Assembly: GCA_964353785.1 (NCBI GenBank)
Contig: CAYGWK010000004.1
Span: 22,730-86,729, forward strand
Length of the DNA stretch: 64,000 nucleotides
Reading direction: 5' to 3'
Source of the DNA: an uncultured Gammaproteobacteria bacterium
GTDB taxonomy: Bacteria; Patescibacteriota; Microgenomatia; CAYGWK01
Shown: in pieces, positions 46,458-56,458 of the stretch
How the letters are laid out: each line of letters starts with the position of its first letter
Position numbering within the stretch: position 1 is the first letter of the stretch
Notes under the pieces: generated by a model
What the model saw: only the letters and a program-made list of their open reading frames with translations
What the model was told of the DNA's origin: nothing
Databases searched by the model: none
Program-made: the position numbers and the translations under genes

Positions 46458-49400
46458 ATGACTGCCCAAGAAAAATTAAAAATTCTTCATAAAGTTTTAA
46501 AAGAAGGTTCTTCGGTTTCTTCTGTGTGTCGCCAAAACAAAATTTCCCGAAAAACTTTTTATTTTTGGAAGAAAAAATATTTATCCGCTGGGCCGAGGAA
46601 TAAGACATCTTGTTTGGAGAAACGCCATTTAAGAGGCCTACAGCATCCCAGAGGCTTAAAGCTTCGCTTTAAAAAAGACATTTTGAGGCTAGCAACACTT
46701 CACCCAGAACTTGGGAGCCACTCTCTTAGCAAAATCTTAAAAGAAAAAGACAAATTTTTGTCAAATCACGGGGTCTATACCTTATTAAAAGAGTTAGGTC
46801 TTGAAACTAGAGAGAAAAGAAAAGAATTTGCAGGTTATTATCGTAGTCCGTTAAGGCTTTTACCAGAGACGAGGAAGCGATTGGTGGAGGAGGTTGTCCT
46901 GGTTGGCAGAGGAATAAGTGAGGCAGCCAGAGAATATAAAGTTAGCCGGAAAACGCTTTGGAAATGGGCAAAAAGGTATAAAAAAGCCCAGGAAGCGCAG
47001 ATTGAGCTTGTATTGGCTCTCAAGGACCAAAATCCAACTGGCTCGGCTCATCCTCGAGGAACACCGGAATGGCTGGAAAGGAAGATTTTGGAGCATGTGG
47101 TTCGAAATCCAGAATATTCAACTCATAAATTAGCCCAAATTATTCCTCAAATCGGCAATCATGGGATACAGAATGTTTTATTTCGAAATAGTTTGAACAC
47201 TTTTGATAGGAGACTGGAATATGCTCGAATTCATGCTCCTGTTTCCCTAGTGCAACCAATCACTGGCTGGTTGGATCGCTTGCGAAGCGTCTGGCAGACT
47301 TTTGTTCCGACTATCGCTCCCGCTCCTCCCCCCAAGCTAATCAAACCTTTTTTGCTCTCCCTAGGGTCTTCTTCAGCTTTAGCTCTTCTTTTTCTTCTCT
47401 GGCTTCAGATGTTTTCTGGACAATCACTTTCTAGTAAATTAGGTCTATTTTCTGCTTCAATTTCTTTATTTGTTGGCTCTCTCTTTTTCTTATATTCAAT
47501 GAAATATTACTTTACTTTGGCAATAGTGCTCTCCTTTTCAAGTCAAACAGGACCCTTCGACTCCGCTCAGGGTAAAGAATCAGGAGAACAGGGAATGAAA
47601 GGCTGGTTAGCCAGAATATTTGGGAGAAATGGAGAGTGGAGAATGGAGAATGGAGAAAAACTTATTGCTGGAGGACTTCAACCAAACCTGGAACATATAA
47701 AGCTCAAGCGTTATCCTTTTATCTCTGTCCACCTACCTTTTTATAATGAGAAGAAAGTGGCCGAGCGGATTTTATCTGCCTGTACTTCTTTTGATTACGA
47801 GAACTATGAAGTAGTGGTCATTGATGATTCAACTGATGAGACGACGACCATTGTTCAGCGGTTTGCTGATCAATGGAATAAACAAATAAATACCAATAAA
47901 CCAATGATTAGAGTCATTCACCGTCCAACTCGGCAAGGATTTAAGGGTGGAGCCCTTCGGGAAGCCTTAAAACACACTAATCCCAAAGCCGAATTTATCG
48001 TTGTCTTTGATGCTGATTTTATACCGTACCCGGATACGCTGGAATTATTTATTAAGTATTTCAAAGTAAATAACAATGGTTCAGAAGACTACATTAAAAA
48101 CAATGTTGCCGCTGTTGCCGGATACCAGTGGCATGTTTTGAATAAATCAGAGAATTGGATAACCAGGGGAGTGAGAACAGAATATTCAGGCAGTTATGTC
48201 ATTGAAAGACCTGGACAGGAGATTTTAGGGGCAATGAAACTTATTCATGGTTCAGTTTACGCCATAAGAAGCGATCTTTTAAAAAAGATTGGTTGGGGAA
48301 CTTCAATTACCGAAGATTTTGAATTAACCCTTCGACTATACGCTCAGGGCTACAAAGTCATTTACACTCCTTATATTCAAGGACCGGCAGAGTGCGTCTC
48401 AACTATCAAGCGTTTAATCCGCCAAAGAATGCGTTGGAGCGAAGGACACTCACATTGTGTAAAGAAGATGTTTTTAAGGCTCCTTAGCACTCCTCGCATG
48501 AATTTGCCAGAAAAACTGGAATTCTTATACATCTCTCCCTACTATCTTCAGGCTTTTTTCTTTTTAGTGGGAACTTTTTCCTGGCTTTTAGCGGAAACTG
48601 TTTTTCGCGCCCGACTGCCTTTCTGGACCTCTTTATGGGGCTGGAGTTTGGTTTTAACCAATTTCTTTGCCCTACCTTTAATGAATGCCGTTGGTTTATT
48701 TTTGGAGGAAGCCGAGGAGAAAGACTATTTAGGTCTTTTGTCTTTTGTTGCCCTTTCCTATATTTTAGTTCCTTTTCAAGCCTATGCTTCAGTTAAAGGC
48801 TTTTTGGAAAAACAAGAAGGACCTTGGTTTCGGACTCCAAAAACAGGCTTAATTACTGATATCTTCACCCGAGGAAAGTTTTATCGCTGGATTTCGGGGA
48901 TTATTCCCGGGCGCATAGCGCCCGCGATGAGCACAGATATCAGTGCTAATCCCTATCTCGCTTTGGCGACGGCCAATAATCAGTTTAATCAATTTAAAAT
49001 CAGGCGCCGGCATTTAAAATGGGTGGGAAATTTAAGCGTGGTTGGAGTTAGCTTGATGAGTATTATTTTACTGATGATGGCCCCTCTTATTCCCCTTGCT
49101 TCTGCTCCAGCCTCGGCTCAAACAGGCGGTTTTAGAAGTCTTAAAAATGCTGTTCCTTCTTCCCAGGTAAAATTGGCGAAGGAGGTAATCGAAAGCCCGG
49201 TCAATGTCAGTTATGAACTGGGTGAGGGCAGTTTGGAATATATTTTTCATCCTGAACCAAGGGTGAGAGTCAAACTAGGCAATAAAGAAATAGAAACCAG
49301 GGTGGCTAAATCTGACGGCGGGGGCAATCCGCTTCCAGAAAAGGCTTACAAGGAGGGAATCATTTATACTTATCGGGAAATTTTTGAAGGTGTTGATCTC

Positions 49401-50954
49401 CGTTATATAGCTGATATCGAAAAGCTAAAAGAGGAATTTATTCTTAATGAAGATAGAGAATTTGAATCAGTTGAGATGGAAGTTAGATTAACCGGTTTGG
49501 TTTTAGCCCAGGTTGGAGAAGAGATTCAAGTTGCTCCAGCAGAAGGAGGCGAGTCTTTGTTTTATTTCCAAAAACCCTATCTTTATGAAGAGAAAAATCC
49601 GGAAAATAAAAGCCAGGGAATTAAATACGAGATGGAAAAAAGTCAATTTGGCTGGAGGATAAAGAAGGTTTTAACTGATGAGGGAAAAAACTGGCTATCA
49701 GATCCTGCCCGAGATTTTCCGGTGGTTCTTGACCCGACTTTGGTTAAATCAAATGTAGAAGCTTCAGGGATGACAGATGTTGAAACAAGATATCCGGGCA
49801 TTAACCGAAAGATTGCCTATGTTTCCGGTACCGTCGATGGAGCCGCTTGGTACGTAGTGCACGCCAACGGTAACCAAATAATTTATAGGCGTTGTTTGGT
49901 AAGCTCCGGCTGTAATGAAGACGGTGACTGGTCGGCCGCTCAGGATATTGACGATGATGCTTCTGCCAACCATGTTGCCCCCACTCTTTATTATAAATCA
50001 GCAGATAGGCTTTGGGTCGGGTGGACAGATAATTCCGGTGCTGATCCTGATGACACTCTCCATCTTCGTTACATTGATACCACGAGCTCCTTTCCGCACA
50101 GTTTGGGAACGCATTGCGAAACGCTTGATTTAGGGACTATTGGCGGAAACTTCAATACGATTTTTGCTGTTGGCGATAACAGCCATGCGGTTATCGGGAC
50201 CCAGTGTCTTGAAGGAACAGGGACGACATCTTATCTTGTTGATATGAATACTTCGGATTGTACTTATGTATCTATTTTGGCCGGCAGCGGAATGGAAAGC
50301 GGAGTGACAGATTTAGCTGCTTCTGCCGTTGCCCTGGGAAACAATATTAGTATTATCTATGAAGACAACGGACCTACGCCCGATGATTTACGCCATAGTG
50401 TTTATGATGTTTCTACGGGCGTGTGGGACAGTATTGATAACGATGTTGACGGCGCGGACAATATCGACGAAGCGGAGGATTTTTCTGTGACAACCGATGG
50501 AACCAGCATTTGGGTTTTGGCGGTTGATGGGACAACGGATACTGATTTTTTCCGCTGCAGCAGCTGTTTGGACACCGCTCCTTCCTGGACGCAGTCTGAT
50601 GAGATTCCTTGGAGCGGGCAATCAAACGTGACTGAAGCTTCCTTGACTTATATTTCAGGAACAAGCAGTCTGGCTGCTTTTGTGATGAAGGATACCACCA
50701 ACGAGCAAGTTTATACAAAGAGTACTCTTATCGGTACAATTTCCTGGGGGACGGAGTATTCGCTCAGTTATACTGCTGGTACCAATGGCAATCTTTCTTC
50801 GGTGATGAGTGTTGCCAGCGAAGATGATATTGGTGTGGTGATTCTTGAAGGAGTAGCCTTGCGTTTTTCTACCATTCCGGAAAATAGTTTGATTTTTCTA
50901 ATTCTTGCCCCATTTTTGCCTGGAGTAATTAGGAAATTGAGAAGGTATAATTAA
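46458..50954 (+). CDS. giant fusion protein: duplicated transposase-like HTH N-terminus + processive GT2 (cellulose-synthase-like) + large extracellular C-terminal domain
   Basis: Two N-terminal HTH modules (ISRKTFYFWKKKY; VSRKTLWKWAKRY) each followed by a GNHGIQNVL-type segment; GT2 motifs HLPFYNE..., DADF (DxD), TED (TEDFELTLR), QRMRW (QxxRW); ~600-aa S/T/D/G-rich ectodomain; C-terminal IPEN-TM-RKLRR tail. Confidence 0.75.
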   Translation: MTAQEKLKILHKVLKEGSSVSSVCRQNKISRKTFYFWKKKYLSAGPRNKTSCLEKRHLRGLQHPRGLKLRFKKDILRLATLHPELGSHSLSKILKEKDKFLSNHGVYTLLKELGLETREKRKEFAGYYRSPLRLLPETRKRLVEEVVLVGRGISEAAREYKVSRKTLWKWAKRYKKAQEAQIELVLALKDQNPTGSAHPRGTPEWLERKILEHVVRNPEYSTHKLAQIIPQIGNHGIQNVLFRNSLNTFDRRLEYARIHAPVSLVQPITGWLDRLRSVWQTFVPTIAPAPPPKLIKPFLLSLGSSSALALLFLLWLQMFSGQSLSSKLGLFSASISLFVGSLFFLYSMKYYFTLAIVLSFSSQTGPFDSAQGKESGEQGMKGWLARIFGRNGEWRMENGEKLIAGGLQPNLEHIKLKRYPFISVHLPFYNEKKVAERILSACTSFDYENYEVVVIDDSTDETTTIVQRFADQWNKQINTNKPMIRVIHRPTRQGFKGGALREALKHTNPKAEFIVVFDADFIPYPDTLELFIKYFKVNNNGSEDYIKNNVAAVAGYQWHVLNKSENWITRGVRTEYSGSYVIERPGQEILGAMKLIHGSVYAIRSDLLKKIGWGTSITEDFELTLRLYAQGYKVIYTPYIQGPAECVSTIKRLIRQRMRWSEGHSHCVKKMFLRLLSTPRMNLPEKLEFLYISPYYLQAFFFLVGTFSWLLAETVFRARLPFWTSLWGWSLVLTNFFALPLMNAVGLFLEEAEEKDYLGLLSFVALSYILVPFQAYASVKGFLEKQEGPWFRTPKTGLITDIFTRGKFYRWISGIIPGRIAPAMSTDISANPYLALATANNQFNQFKIRRRHLKWVGNLSVVGVSLMSIILLMMAPLIPLASAPASAQTGGFRSLKNAVPSSQVKLAKEVIESPVNVSYELGEGSLEYIFHPEPRVRVKLGNKEIETRVAKSDGGGNPLPEKAYKEGIIYTYREIFEGVDLRYIADIEKLKEEFILNEDREFESVEMEVRLTGLVLAQVGEEIQVAPAEGGESLFYFQKPYLYEEKNPENKSQGIKYEMEKSQFGWRIKKVLTDEGKNWLSDPARDFPVVLDPTLVKSNVEASGMTDVETRYPGINRKIAYVSGTVDGAAWYVVHANGNQIIYRRCLVSSGCNEDGDWSAAQDIDDDASANHVAPTLYYKSADRLWVGWTDNSGADPDDTLHLRYIDTTSSFPHSLGTHCETLDLGTIGGNFNTIFAVGDNSHAVIGTQCLEGTGTTSYLVDMNTSDCTYVSILAGSGMESGVTDLAASAVALGNNISIIYEDNGPTPDDLRHSVYDVSTGVWDSIDNDVDGADNIDEAEDFSVTTDGTSIWVLAVDGTTDTDFFRCSSCLDTAPSWTQSDEIPWSGQSNVTEASLTYISGTSSLAAFVMKDTTNEQVYTKSTLIGTISWGTEYSLSYTAGTNGNLSSVMSVASEDDIGVVILEGVALRFSTIPENSLIFLILAPFLPGVIRKLRRYN

Positions 50955-50989
50955 GATATGTTTCCACGCGGCAAGATTTTTTGCCCCCC

Positions 50990-51053
50990 CTTGTTACCCA
51001 ATAGGTGTTTACATTAAATTTTGAGGCAGATAGTATCCATTAAGTCTTAACAA
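50990..51053 (+). promoter_or_regulatory. conserved upstream motifs (CTTG-TACCCA-GTTTACATT plus AGTATCCATTAAGTCTTAACAA) before the 51079 gene
   Basis: Second motif is near-identical (21/22) to 56518-56539. Confidence 0.45.
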
Positions 51054-51078
51054 ATGAAGAAATGGTATAATAAGTTGT

Positions 51079-52701
51079 ATGTTTGGCTACCCAACCCAAA
51101 TTTCTCTTATTCCTACCACTGTCGCTCTGGTTAGATTTATCGAGGAACACGGTTTTGTCTCCTGGTATCCTTATTGGTATCTAGGAAACCCATTACATTA
51201 TCTTACTGGTCCAATTTTGCCAGTAATTTGCCTAGTGTTGCATAGGATATTTCCAGCCCTTAATTTCTTTGATATTGTCTACATTTTAATTTTTTTCTCT
51301 TTCATTTTAGGTCCTTTAGGTCTTTTTTTCTTCGTCCGCAAACTTTCCGGCAACTTTTTCTTGTCTCTTGTCTCTTTTCTCTTCTTTCTTTTTCTGCCTT
51401 GGCACTATTTTTCTGGCCTGGTTTTAGATAATGGCAGTCATATTTTAGCCCTAATGGTTCTCCCTTGGGTCCTTTGGTTAAGTCTTTTTGCTTTGGAAAA
51501 GTGGCATAAAGCCTGGGTTATCCTCGCCACGCTCGCGATGGCTTTTGTTATATTAATAGATAGTTTGATAGGGGTTCCTCTGGTGGTGGGACTAGTTCTT
51601 TTTGTATCACTTAAGATACTGAAATCAACTGAAGGCATTGAGATAAAGATTGCTAAAGCACTTTTTTTATTAGTCTTAGGTTGGCTTTTGACCTTCTGGT
51701 GGTTTAGTCCGGGGTACTGGCTGACAATTCTTCAGGCTCCATCCTTAGCCGGGAAGGGGCTTTTAAGTGTTGTAGTTTGGTTAGGAAGACTGCTTTTAAA
51801 CCTAGTTCCCCTGGTTCTGGCGGTTTTTTCCGTTTCTCGATTCAAAAAAATTAAAGATAGAACCTTAATTTTTACTTTAGGTTGGCTTGGGTTTTTTGGT
51901 TTTCTGACTTTGATGAGATTTCTGTCTGACCCGGATTTCTGGCAGGACTGGTCAAGTTACGGAGTAGAGTTGGAGTTAGGGATAGCGATGGCGCTGGGGT
52001 TAATTTTGAACAGATGGAAGTTTTCAGTGTTTCAGAAAATATTCAGCGTTTCTGTGATTCTGGGCTTGGCGGCAGTTTGGGGCTATGCCTTTAGGTGGAC
52101 GCCACTTCTGATTCCCAGGAAAAATATAGAAAACACCGTTGAGTACCGGATTGGCAAACAGCTATCCGAGATTGCTAAGCCCCTTTCGGCAAGCTCAGGG
52201 CAAGCTGGCGAACGAGTTTTTCTTTCAGGCTCAACTGCTTTTTGGTTAAATGCCTTTTTTGACATTCCCCAGGTTCGGGGTGGGAAAGATGAGACTTCGG
52301 TTGAGCCTTTATGGAGACAAGCGGCTTGGGAAATACGAGAGGGCCCTTCGACAAGCTCAGGGCAGGAAAACACGGAAAAATGGCTGAAAACACTGAATGT
52401 TTCTTATTTAGTGGTTCACACCCAAGATTCTGAAGAATATTACCATGATTTTTCCCACCCGGAAAAATTTGAGTCTGCCAAATCGCTTAAAAAGGTTTTT
52501 TCGGATAAAGGGGATGTTGTTTATCGGGTTGAAGGAGTGGTTCCGTCGCTAAAAGAAGAAGAATATAAAGACTGGACAAAACCAATTGGTTGGGGGATAA
52601 GTCTTTTAGCGGTTCTAGTTCTTTTTCTTTTTCCAAAATCTTGGGAATTATTGTCCGCCAAAATGCCTAAATTGGATTTGGGTGGAGAAGAGAATTATTA
52701 A
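51079..52701 (+). CDS. polytopic membrane protein, possible GT-C-type glycosyltransferase
   Basis: ~12 TM helices in the N-terminal 350 aa, soluble C-terminal domain, final TM. Confidence 0.45.
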   Translation: MFGYPTQISLIPTTVALVRFIEEHGFVSWYPYWYLGNPLHYLTGPILPVICLVLHRIFPALNFFDIVYILIFFSFILGPLGLFFFVRKLSGNFFLSLVSFLFFLFLPWHYFSGLVLDNGSHILALMVLPWVLWLSLFALEKWHKAWVILATLAMAFVILIDSLIGVPLVVGLVLFVSLKILKSTEGIEIKIAKALFLLVLGWLLTFWWFSPGYWLTILQAPSLAGKGLLSVVVWLGRLLLNLVPLVLAVFSVSRFKKIKDRTLIFTLGWLGFFGFLTLMRFLSDPDFWQDWSSYGVELELGIAMALGLILNRWKFSVFQKIFSVSVILGLAAVWGYAFRWTPLLIPRKNIENTVEYRIGKQLSEIAKPLSASSGQAGERVFLSGSTAFWLNAFFDIPQVRGGKDETSVEPLWRQAAWEIREGPSTSSGQENTEKWLKTLNVSYLVVHTQDSEEYYHDFSHPEKFESAKSLKKVFSDKGDVVYRVEGVVPSLKEEEYKDWTKPIGWGISLLAVLVLFLFPKSWELLSAKMPKLDLGGEENY

Positions 52702-52831
52702 AAAACCACCAAGGGAGAAATTTTTCGCCCTCTTAAATCCAGGACTATCCTGGAACGGGCACCATAATTGTGGTATAATCCAATTCCGAATTTTGGCTCT
52801 TTGAAATTTTAACCCTTAAAGGAGGCTTAAG

Positions 52832-53677
52832 GTGTTTAAGAAACAAGAGTTAGTTCCACTCAAATACGGAGGCTCGCGGATAAAACTGGCAGTTGAGGTT
52901 GCTCTCTTTGCCGTTTCGGCAATTATTTACACAGCGCTCATGGGAATCCTGGGAGCGATGGCACTCTTAGCGTTCATCTTGATCCATGAAGGCGGTCATG
53001 TTTGGGCCATGGAAAAAGTAGGAGTTCGACTTAAAGGGATTTATTTCCTTCCCCTTCTAGGAGCAGCCGTAATTCCAGAAGGAAACTTTCGTTCCTATAA
53101 AGCCGAATTCTATACCGCCATCATGGGTCCAACAATGGATTTGACATTCGCCTTGATTGCCCTAGTCAGCTACTGGTATACCAGGAGCGTTGTCTTCCCA
53201 ACAATTGCCGCTATGTTTGCCTTCATGGACCTTCTTAACCTTTTGCCAGTTTTACCTCTAGATGGAGGGTTGATGTTCAAGTCAATTACTTTTTCCCTTT
53301 CGCCTAAAATCAAACTCCTCCTCATCGCCCTTGGATTTCTGGCTGTCTTGCTGGTGGTCACCGCGATATTTGTTCTACCCAGCGCTTTCATTCTTCTTCT
53401 CGCCACTGTTACGGGTAGAATCCCTGACTCATGCTTCTCAATTGGTCTAGCCCTATTTGCTGCTTTCCTAATTGGTTGGGCTCTTTTGCAAAGTAAAGCG
53501 CTGGCTCAAGAAGAGAAGATGGTCAAAGAAAGAATGACAAAAGTGGAAACCGCGGTTCATTCGCTTTTGTATACGATGTTAGCGGGAACTCTGCTTTTAG
53601 TCATCACCGCCAGTTTAGTGCTAATCATAGCCAATCCAGAAGGGCTACTAGATTTTGCGAGCCTCCGAATTCCCTAA
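52832..53677 (+). CDS. site-2 protease family (peptidase M50) membrane metalloprotease
   Basis: HExxH (ILIHEGGHVWAM) in a TM helix and LPVLPLDGG (LDG) motif. Confidence 0.75.
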   Translation: MFKKQELVPLKYGGSRIKLAVEVALFAVSAIIYTALMGILGAMALLAFILIHEGGHVWAMEKVGVRLKGIYFLPLLGAAVIPEGNFRSYKAEFYTAIMGPTMDLTFALIALVSYWYTRSVVFPTIAAMFAFMDLLNLLPVLPLDGGLMFKSITFSLSPKIKLLLIALGFLAVLLVVTAIFVLPSAFILLLATVTGRIPDSCFSIGLALFAAFLIGWALLQSKALAQEEKMVKERMTKVETAVHSLLYTMLAGTLLLVITASLVLIIANPEGLLDFASLRIP

Positions 53678-53824
53678 GTGGCCACCTGAGTGGTTTCTAA
53701 ATTTCCAAACCACAAAATGGTGGCCTCTTTCTTTTTTTACCAAATTCAGGAAGTTTATTTGGGAGCAAATAAGTGTTGTGCGGGGGAGCGGAGATTCAAC
53801 ACCCGGTGTTGGTTTCTTGATTTC

Positions 53825-53971
53825 TCATTCCATTTCTTCAATTTTGCTTTCTAACTCATCTACCCTATCTTTTAAGTCTTGAATTGTTCTGTTATTTTCC
53901 AACGGACAGAGATTACTTCCTGCATTAGCGCAGGTTGTACACATTGACCAATCAAAATTGCAATTTGCCAT
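53825..53971 (-). CDS. small Cys-rich peptide (48 aa), hypothetical
   Basis: MANCNFDWSMCTTCANAGSNLCPLENN... with GGTGAG RBS 5 nt upstream; four Cys in the N-terminal half, coiled-coil-like acidic C-terminus; below the ORF-track size cutoff. Confidence 0.3.
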   Translation of the reverse strand: MANCNFDWSMCTTCANAGSNLCPLENNRTIQDLKDRVDELESKIEEME

Positions 53972-54009
53972 TTTTACTCACCGCTTTTTCAAGAGCACAA
54001 AAAAACTCT

Positions 54010-54789
54010 CTATATTTTTTCCACCAAAACATCTTTTATTAAGGCCCTTTCGGTTCCCGAATTTCTGAAACCAACAGTGCCATACTCAAGATTGATAGGG
54101 AAAGGGATCTTGACCACGCGTCCTTCCGGTTCTTCCTTAAATTCAAACATGACTGCTCCATGGGGAATTAACCATTCTCGATTAAAGACACAGTTTTTAT
54201 CTTCATAAAGCTTTATTCCTATAGAATTTTTTTCGCAAGATAGAATAACCCTATACCATTTATCTAAGGCTAATTTTTTAGCAAATTTCAAATTTGTCTC
54301 TTCCGCCTCCCAAGCTCTCCAACCTCCGTTAATTCTTATATGGGGACGGATTCCATTTTCTCCAACTTGTAGCATCACATAGTTAGAAAGATTTATCGCT
54401 CTTGCTACTACACCCAAGCAAGAATTTACGATTTTAAATTCTAAGCTCAGATTATAGTCACTCCAGCTTAGACACTTTGAATAAATGAATCCTGGTTCGG
54501 AATCTGTAATGACAAAACACTTTTGGGGCCTAAGGTACTCAAATTTGCCCTTCCCAAGCCAATCATCCCTATCCTCTCTTTTGGTCAATGGAATAAAATA
54601 GAAGTCCTTGTCTCTAACTCGGAGAAGAATAACCACAAAGAGAGAGGTGGCAGTAATCATTACAGATAAAAAGAGAAGGGTTCTTGGGTCCGCAGCATAC
54701 CTGAAAGCCAAAAAGTATGAAATAAGTGCGGAGATAGCAGTCAAAAGGTCGAATTTATAATTTTTTGTAAAATAAAGTATTCTTTTCAT
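54010..54789 (-). CDS. membrane-anchored protein with C-terminal beta-sandwich (DUF1080/LamG-like) domain
   Basis: Two N-terminal TM helices; C-terminal SLEFKIVNS...NGG...W.RV.L.C..N.I.I.L...NCVF pattern recalled for DUF1080/concanavalin-like folds. Confidence 0.4.
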   Translation of the reverse strand: MKRILYFTKNYKFDLLTAISALISYFLAFRYAADPRTLLFLSVMITATSLFVVILLRVRDKDFYFIPLTKREDRDDWLGKGKFEYLRPQKCFVITDSEPGFIYSKCLSWSDYNLSLEFKIVNSCLGVVARAINLSNYVMLQVGENGIRPHIRINGGWRAWEAEETNLKFAKKLALDKWYRVILSCEKNSIGIKLYEDKNCVFNREWLIPHGAVMFEFKEEPEGRVVKIPFPINLEYGTVGFRNSGTERALIKDVLVEKI

Positions 54790-55346
54790 TTTTTCTCAAT
54801 TTTATGCCTTGATTTCAAGAACTCAGCGGTAAGCGTGGCCACAATCTCATGGGGTTTTTCATCTGCTTTATCTGAACGTAACTGTTCATTGTCTAAATCA
54901 ATAAAATTCTGCGACTTAACATTTCTACTTTTATCACCTATGTAAACGACTGCTATTTTACGCCCATCATTTGTATAACCAAGTTTTGCTTCTACCCAAT
55001 GCTGTTCATCTTCACTTCTATCTTTAATTGGTTGTATTGGGCTATCGAGAGAAATGGTTTTTAATTTATTATCTAATTTCGCTTGGTATGCGATGTGAGC
55101 AAGTCGCCTCAATTCAATTACGTTTCTCTCTAGCTCATGCCTTCTCTTACATATGGGACAAATCCCAAGTTTATAGTTCTCTTCTCTGAACTCTAGAACG
55201 GCTCCACATTCCAAACACATCGGCCCAGTGATTTCGTAAATTTCTTTAACATTTATATCATTCTCACTCACTCTAAAAACAGGTTTCCAAAAAGCGTTGC
55301 GAAACCTAAACCTCTCCTCTTCTAATGGATAGAACCCTTTCTTCAT
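54786..55346 (-). CDS. zinc-ribbon protein, hypothetical
   Basis: CLECG...CPICKRRH zinc ribbon; 4-bp overlap with the downstream gene. Confidence 0.45.
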   Translation of the reverse strand: MKKGFYPLEEERFRFRNAFWKPVFRVSENDINVKEIYEITGPMCLECGAVLEFREENYKLGICPICKRRHELERNVIELRRLAHIAYQAKLDNKLKTISLDSPIQPIKDRSEDEQHWVEAKLGYTNDGRKIAVVYIGDKSRNVKSQNFIDLDNEQLRSDKADEKPHEIVATLTAEFLKSRHKIEKK

Positions 55347-55464
55347 AATACAAAGTAATTTAACTCAATTTTTCTCAACTTCCAGCCAAAGTTTTGCAAC
55401 CCTGGTTAATTGTCAGACTAGCACACGGAGTGCTAAAAATCAATAGCTGGCTTTTTTTGGTTTT

Positions 55465-55473
55465 AGTGATATA
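55465..55473 (+). promoter_or_regulatory. extended -10 promoter element (TGATATAAT)
   Basis: TGnTATAAT 10 nt upstream of the 55483 ATG. Confidence 0.4.
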
Positions 55474-55482
55474 ATTTTTGGC

Positions 55483-56001
55483 ATGAATGAAAGATTATCA
55501 TCTACCGAGTTTTACGATGCGGTTATCGCTATCGTTGGAAAAACTGACGATAGGAAGGGATACATCCAAGAAACACTCATTCCAAAAATGGATGAGCACA
55601 GAGGAAGAGTTCGACCGCAGACTAGAGAGGAGATTGTTAAAAAGTTATTTTCTGCTGACATGACTAAACCAGGGGAGGCAGTAGAGATTATTGAAGAGGC
55701 AGTTAGGGCTAAAAGAAAGTTAACTCCAGAACTTGCTTTAGAGGTGGCGGATGTAATCTATTATACGCTCCAGCCAAACTGTCCAGATTTTGCAAATAAC
55801 CCGGAGCCATTTATAACAGGTTTAGGGATCGATATGGAGACTGCCTACACCCTCTGTATAGTAAAATATGAAGCCAGACTTCTTTGTGATAGTCTTTCAA
55901 ATTTTAAAGAAATAGAAAAGGAAATAATGACTAGATTTTTAGAAAAAGGAAGAGGATTATTGACCGGCTCGCAAGAGAAGAAAGGCAAGAAAGATCATTA
56001 A
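55483..56001 (+). CDS. hypothetical protein
   Basis: 172-aa ORF. Confidence 0.45.
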   Translation: MNERLSSTEFYDAVIAIVGKTDDRKGYIQETLIPKMDEHRGRVRPQTREEIVKKLFSADMTKPGEAVEIIEEAVRAKRKLTPELALEVADVIYYTLQPNCPDFANNPEPFITGLGIDMETAYTLCIVKYEARLLCDSLSNFKEIEKEIMTRFLEKGRGLLTGSQEKKGKKDH

Positions 56002-56295
56002 GATGATATAGACAGTGAGAAGAGCAGTAGTAAACAGGGGAAGCTGACTTTGTTTTTGGGTAGGTGGCGGTGCGCCTGATTCCGGTTTTGCCTCAGAGAT
56101 CTTTTCCTCTATCTCGGGCTTTTTAGCGAAGATATAGTTTAATTCTTCCTTTTTATAATATCTTCGGTTGGTTGGTGAGCGGTGGGCTTTGATGATACCC
56201 CTTTTTTCCCAGCGCCTTAAGGTATCTTTTGAGATTCTTAAAAGTTTGGCAGCTTCACCGATTGAAAGCCAGTCTTGTTGAGTAAGTTCATTCAT
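55957..56295 (-). CDS. excisionase/MerR-type HTH protein with C-terminal TM helix
   Basis: LSIGEAAKLLRISKDTLRRWEKRGII HTH of the excisionase/MerR family, Pro-rich linker, C-terminal hydrophobic helix. Confidence 0.6.
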   Translation of the reverse strand: MNELTQQDWLSIGEAAKLLRISKDTLRRWEKRGIIKAHRSPTNRRYYKKEELNYIFAKKPEIEEKISEAKPESGAPPPTQKQSQLPLFTTALLTVYIILMIFLAFLLLRAGQ

Positions 56296-56458
56296 TTTTG
56301 ATATAGTTCCTCAGGTAATTCTTATTATTACTAAGTATTGCCTAGTATGGTGAGTTTAGACCAATTTGCCAGGTGATACGATATTATACTGTTATTTTTC
56401 CCTTGTCAACTGGAAAAATTTTGTCTCCAAAACCTTAAATTAATCATTATAAATGGCT

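Noticed and set aside
51054-51078. ATG at 51054 (MKKWYNKLYVW...) as alternative start for the 51079 gene
   Set aside because: It is out of frame with the long ORF and terminates after ~25 codons.
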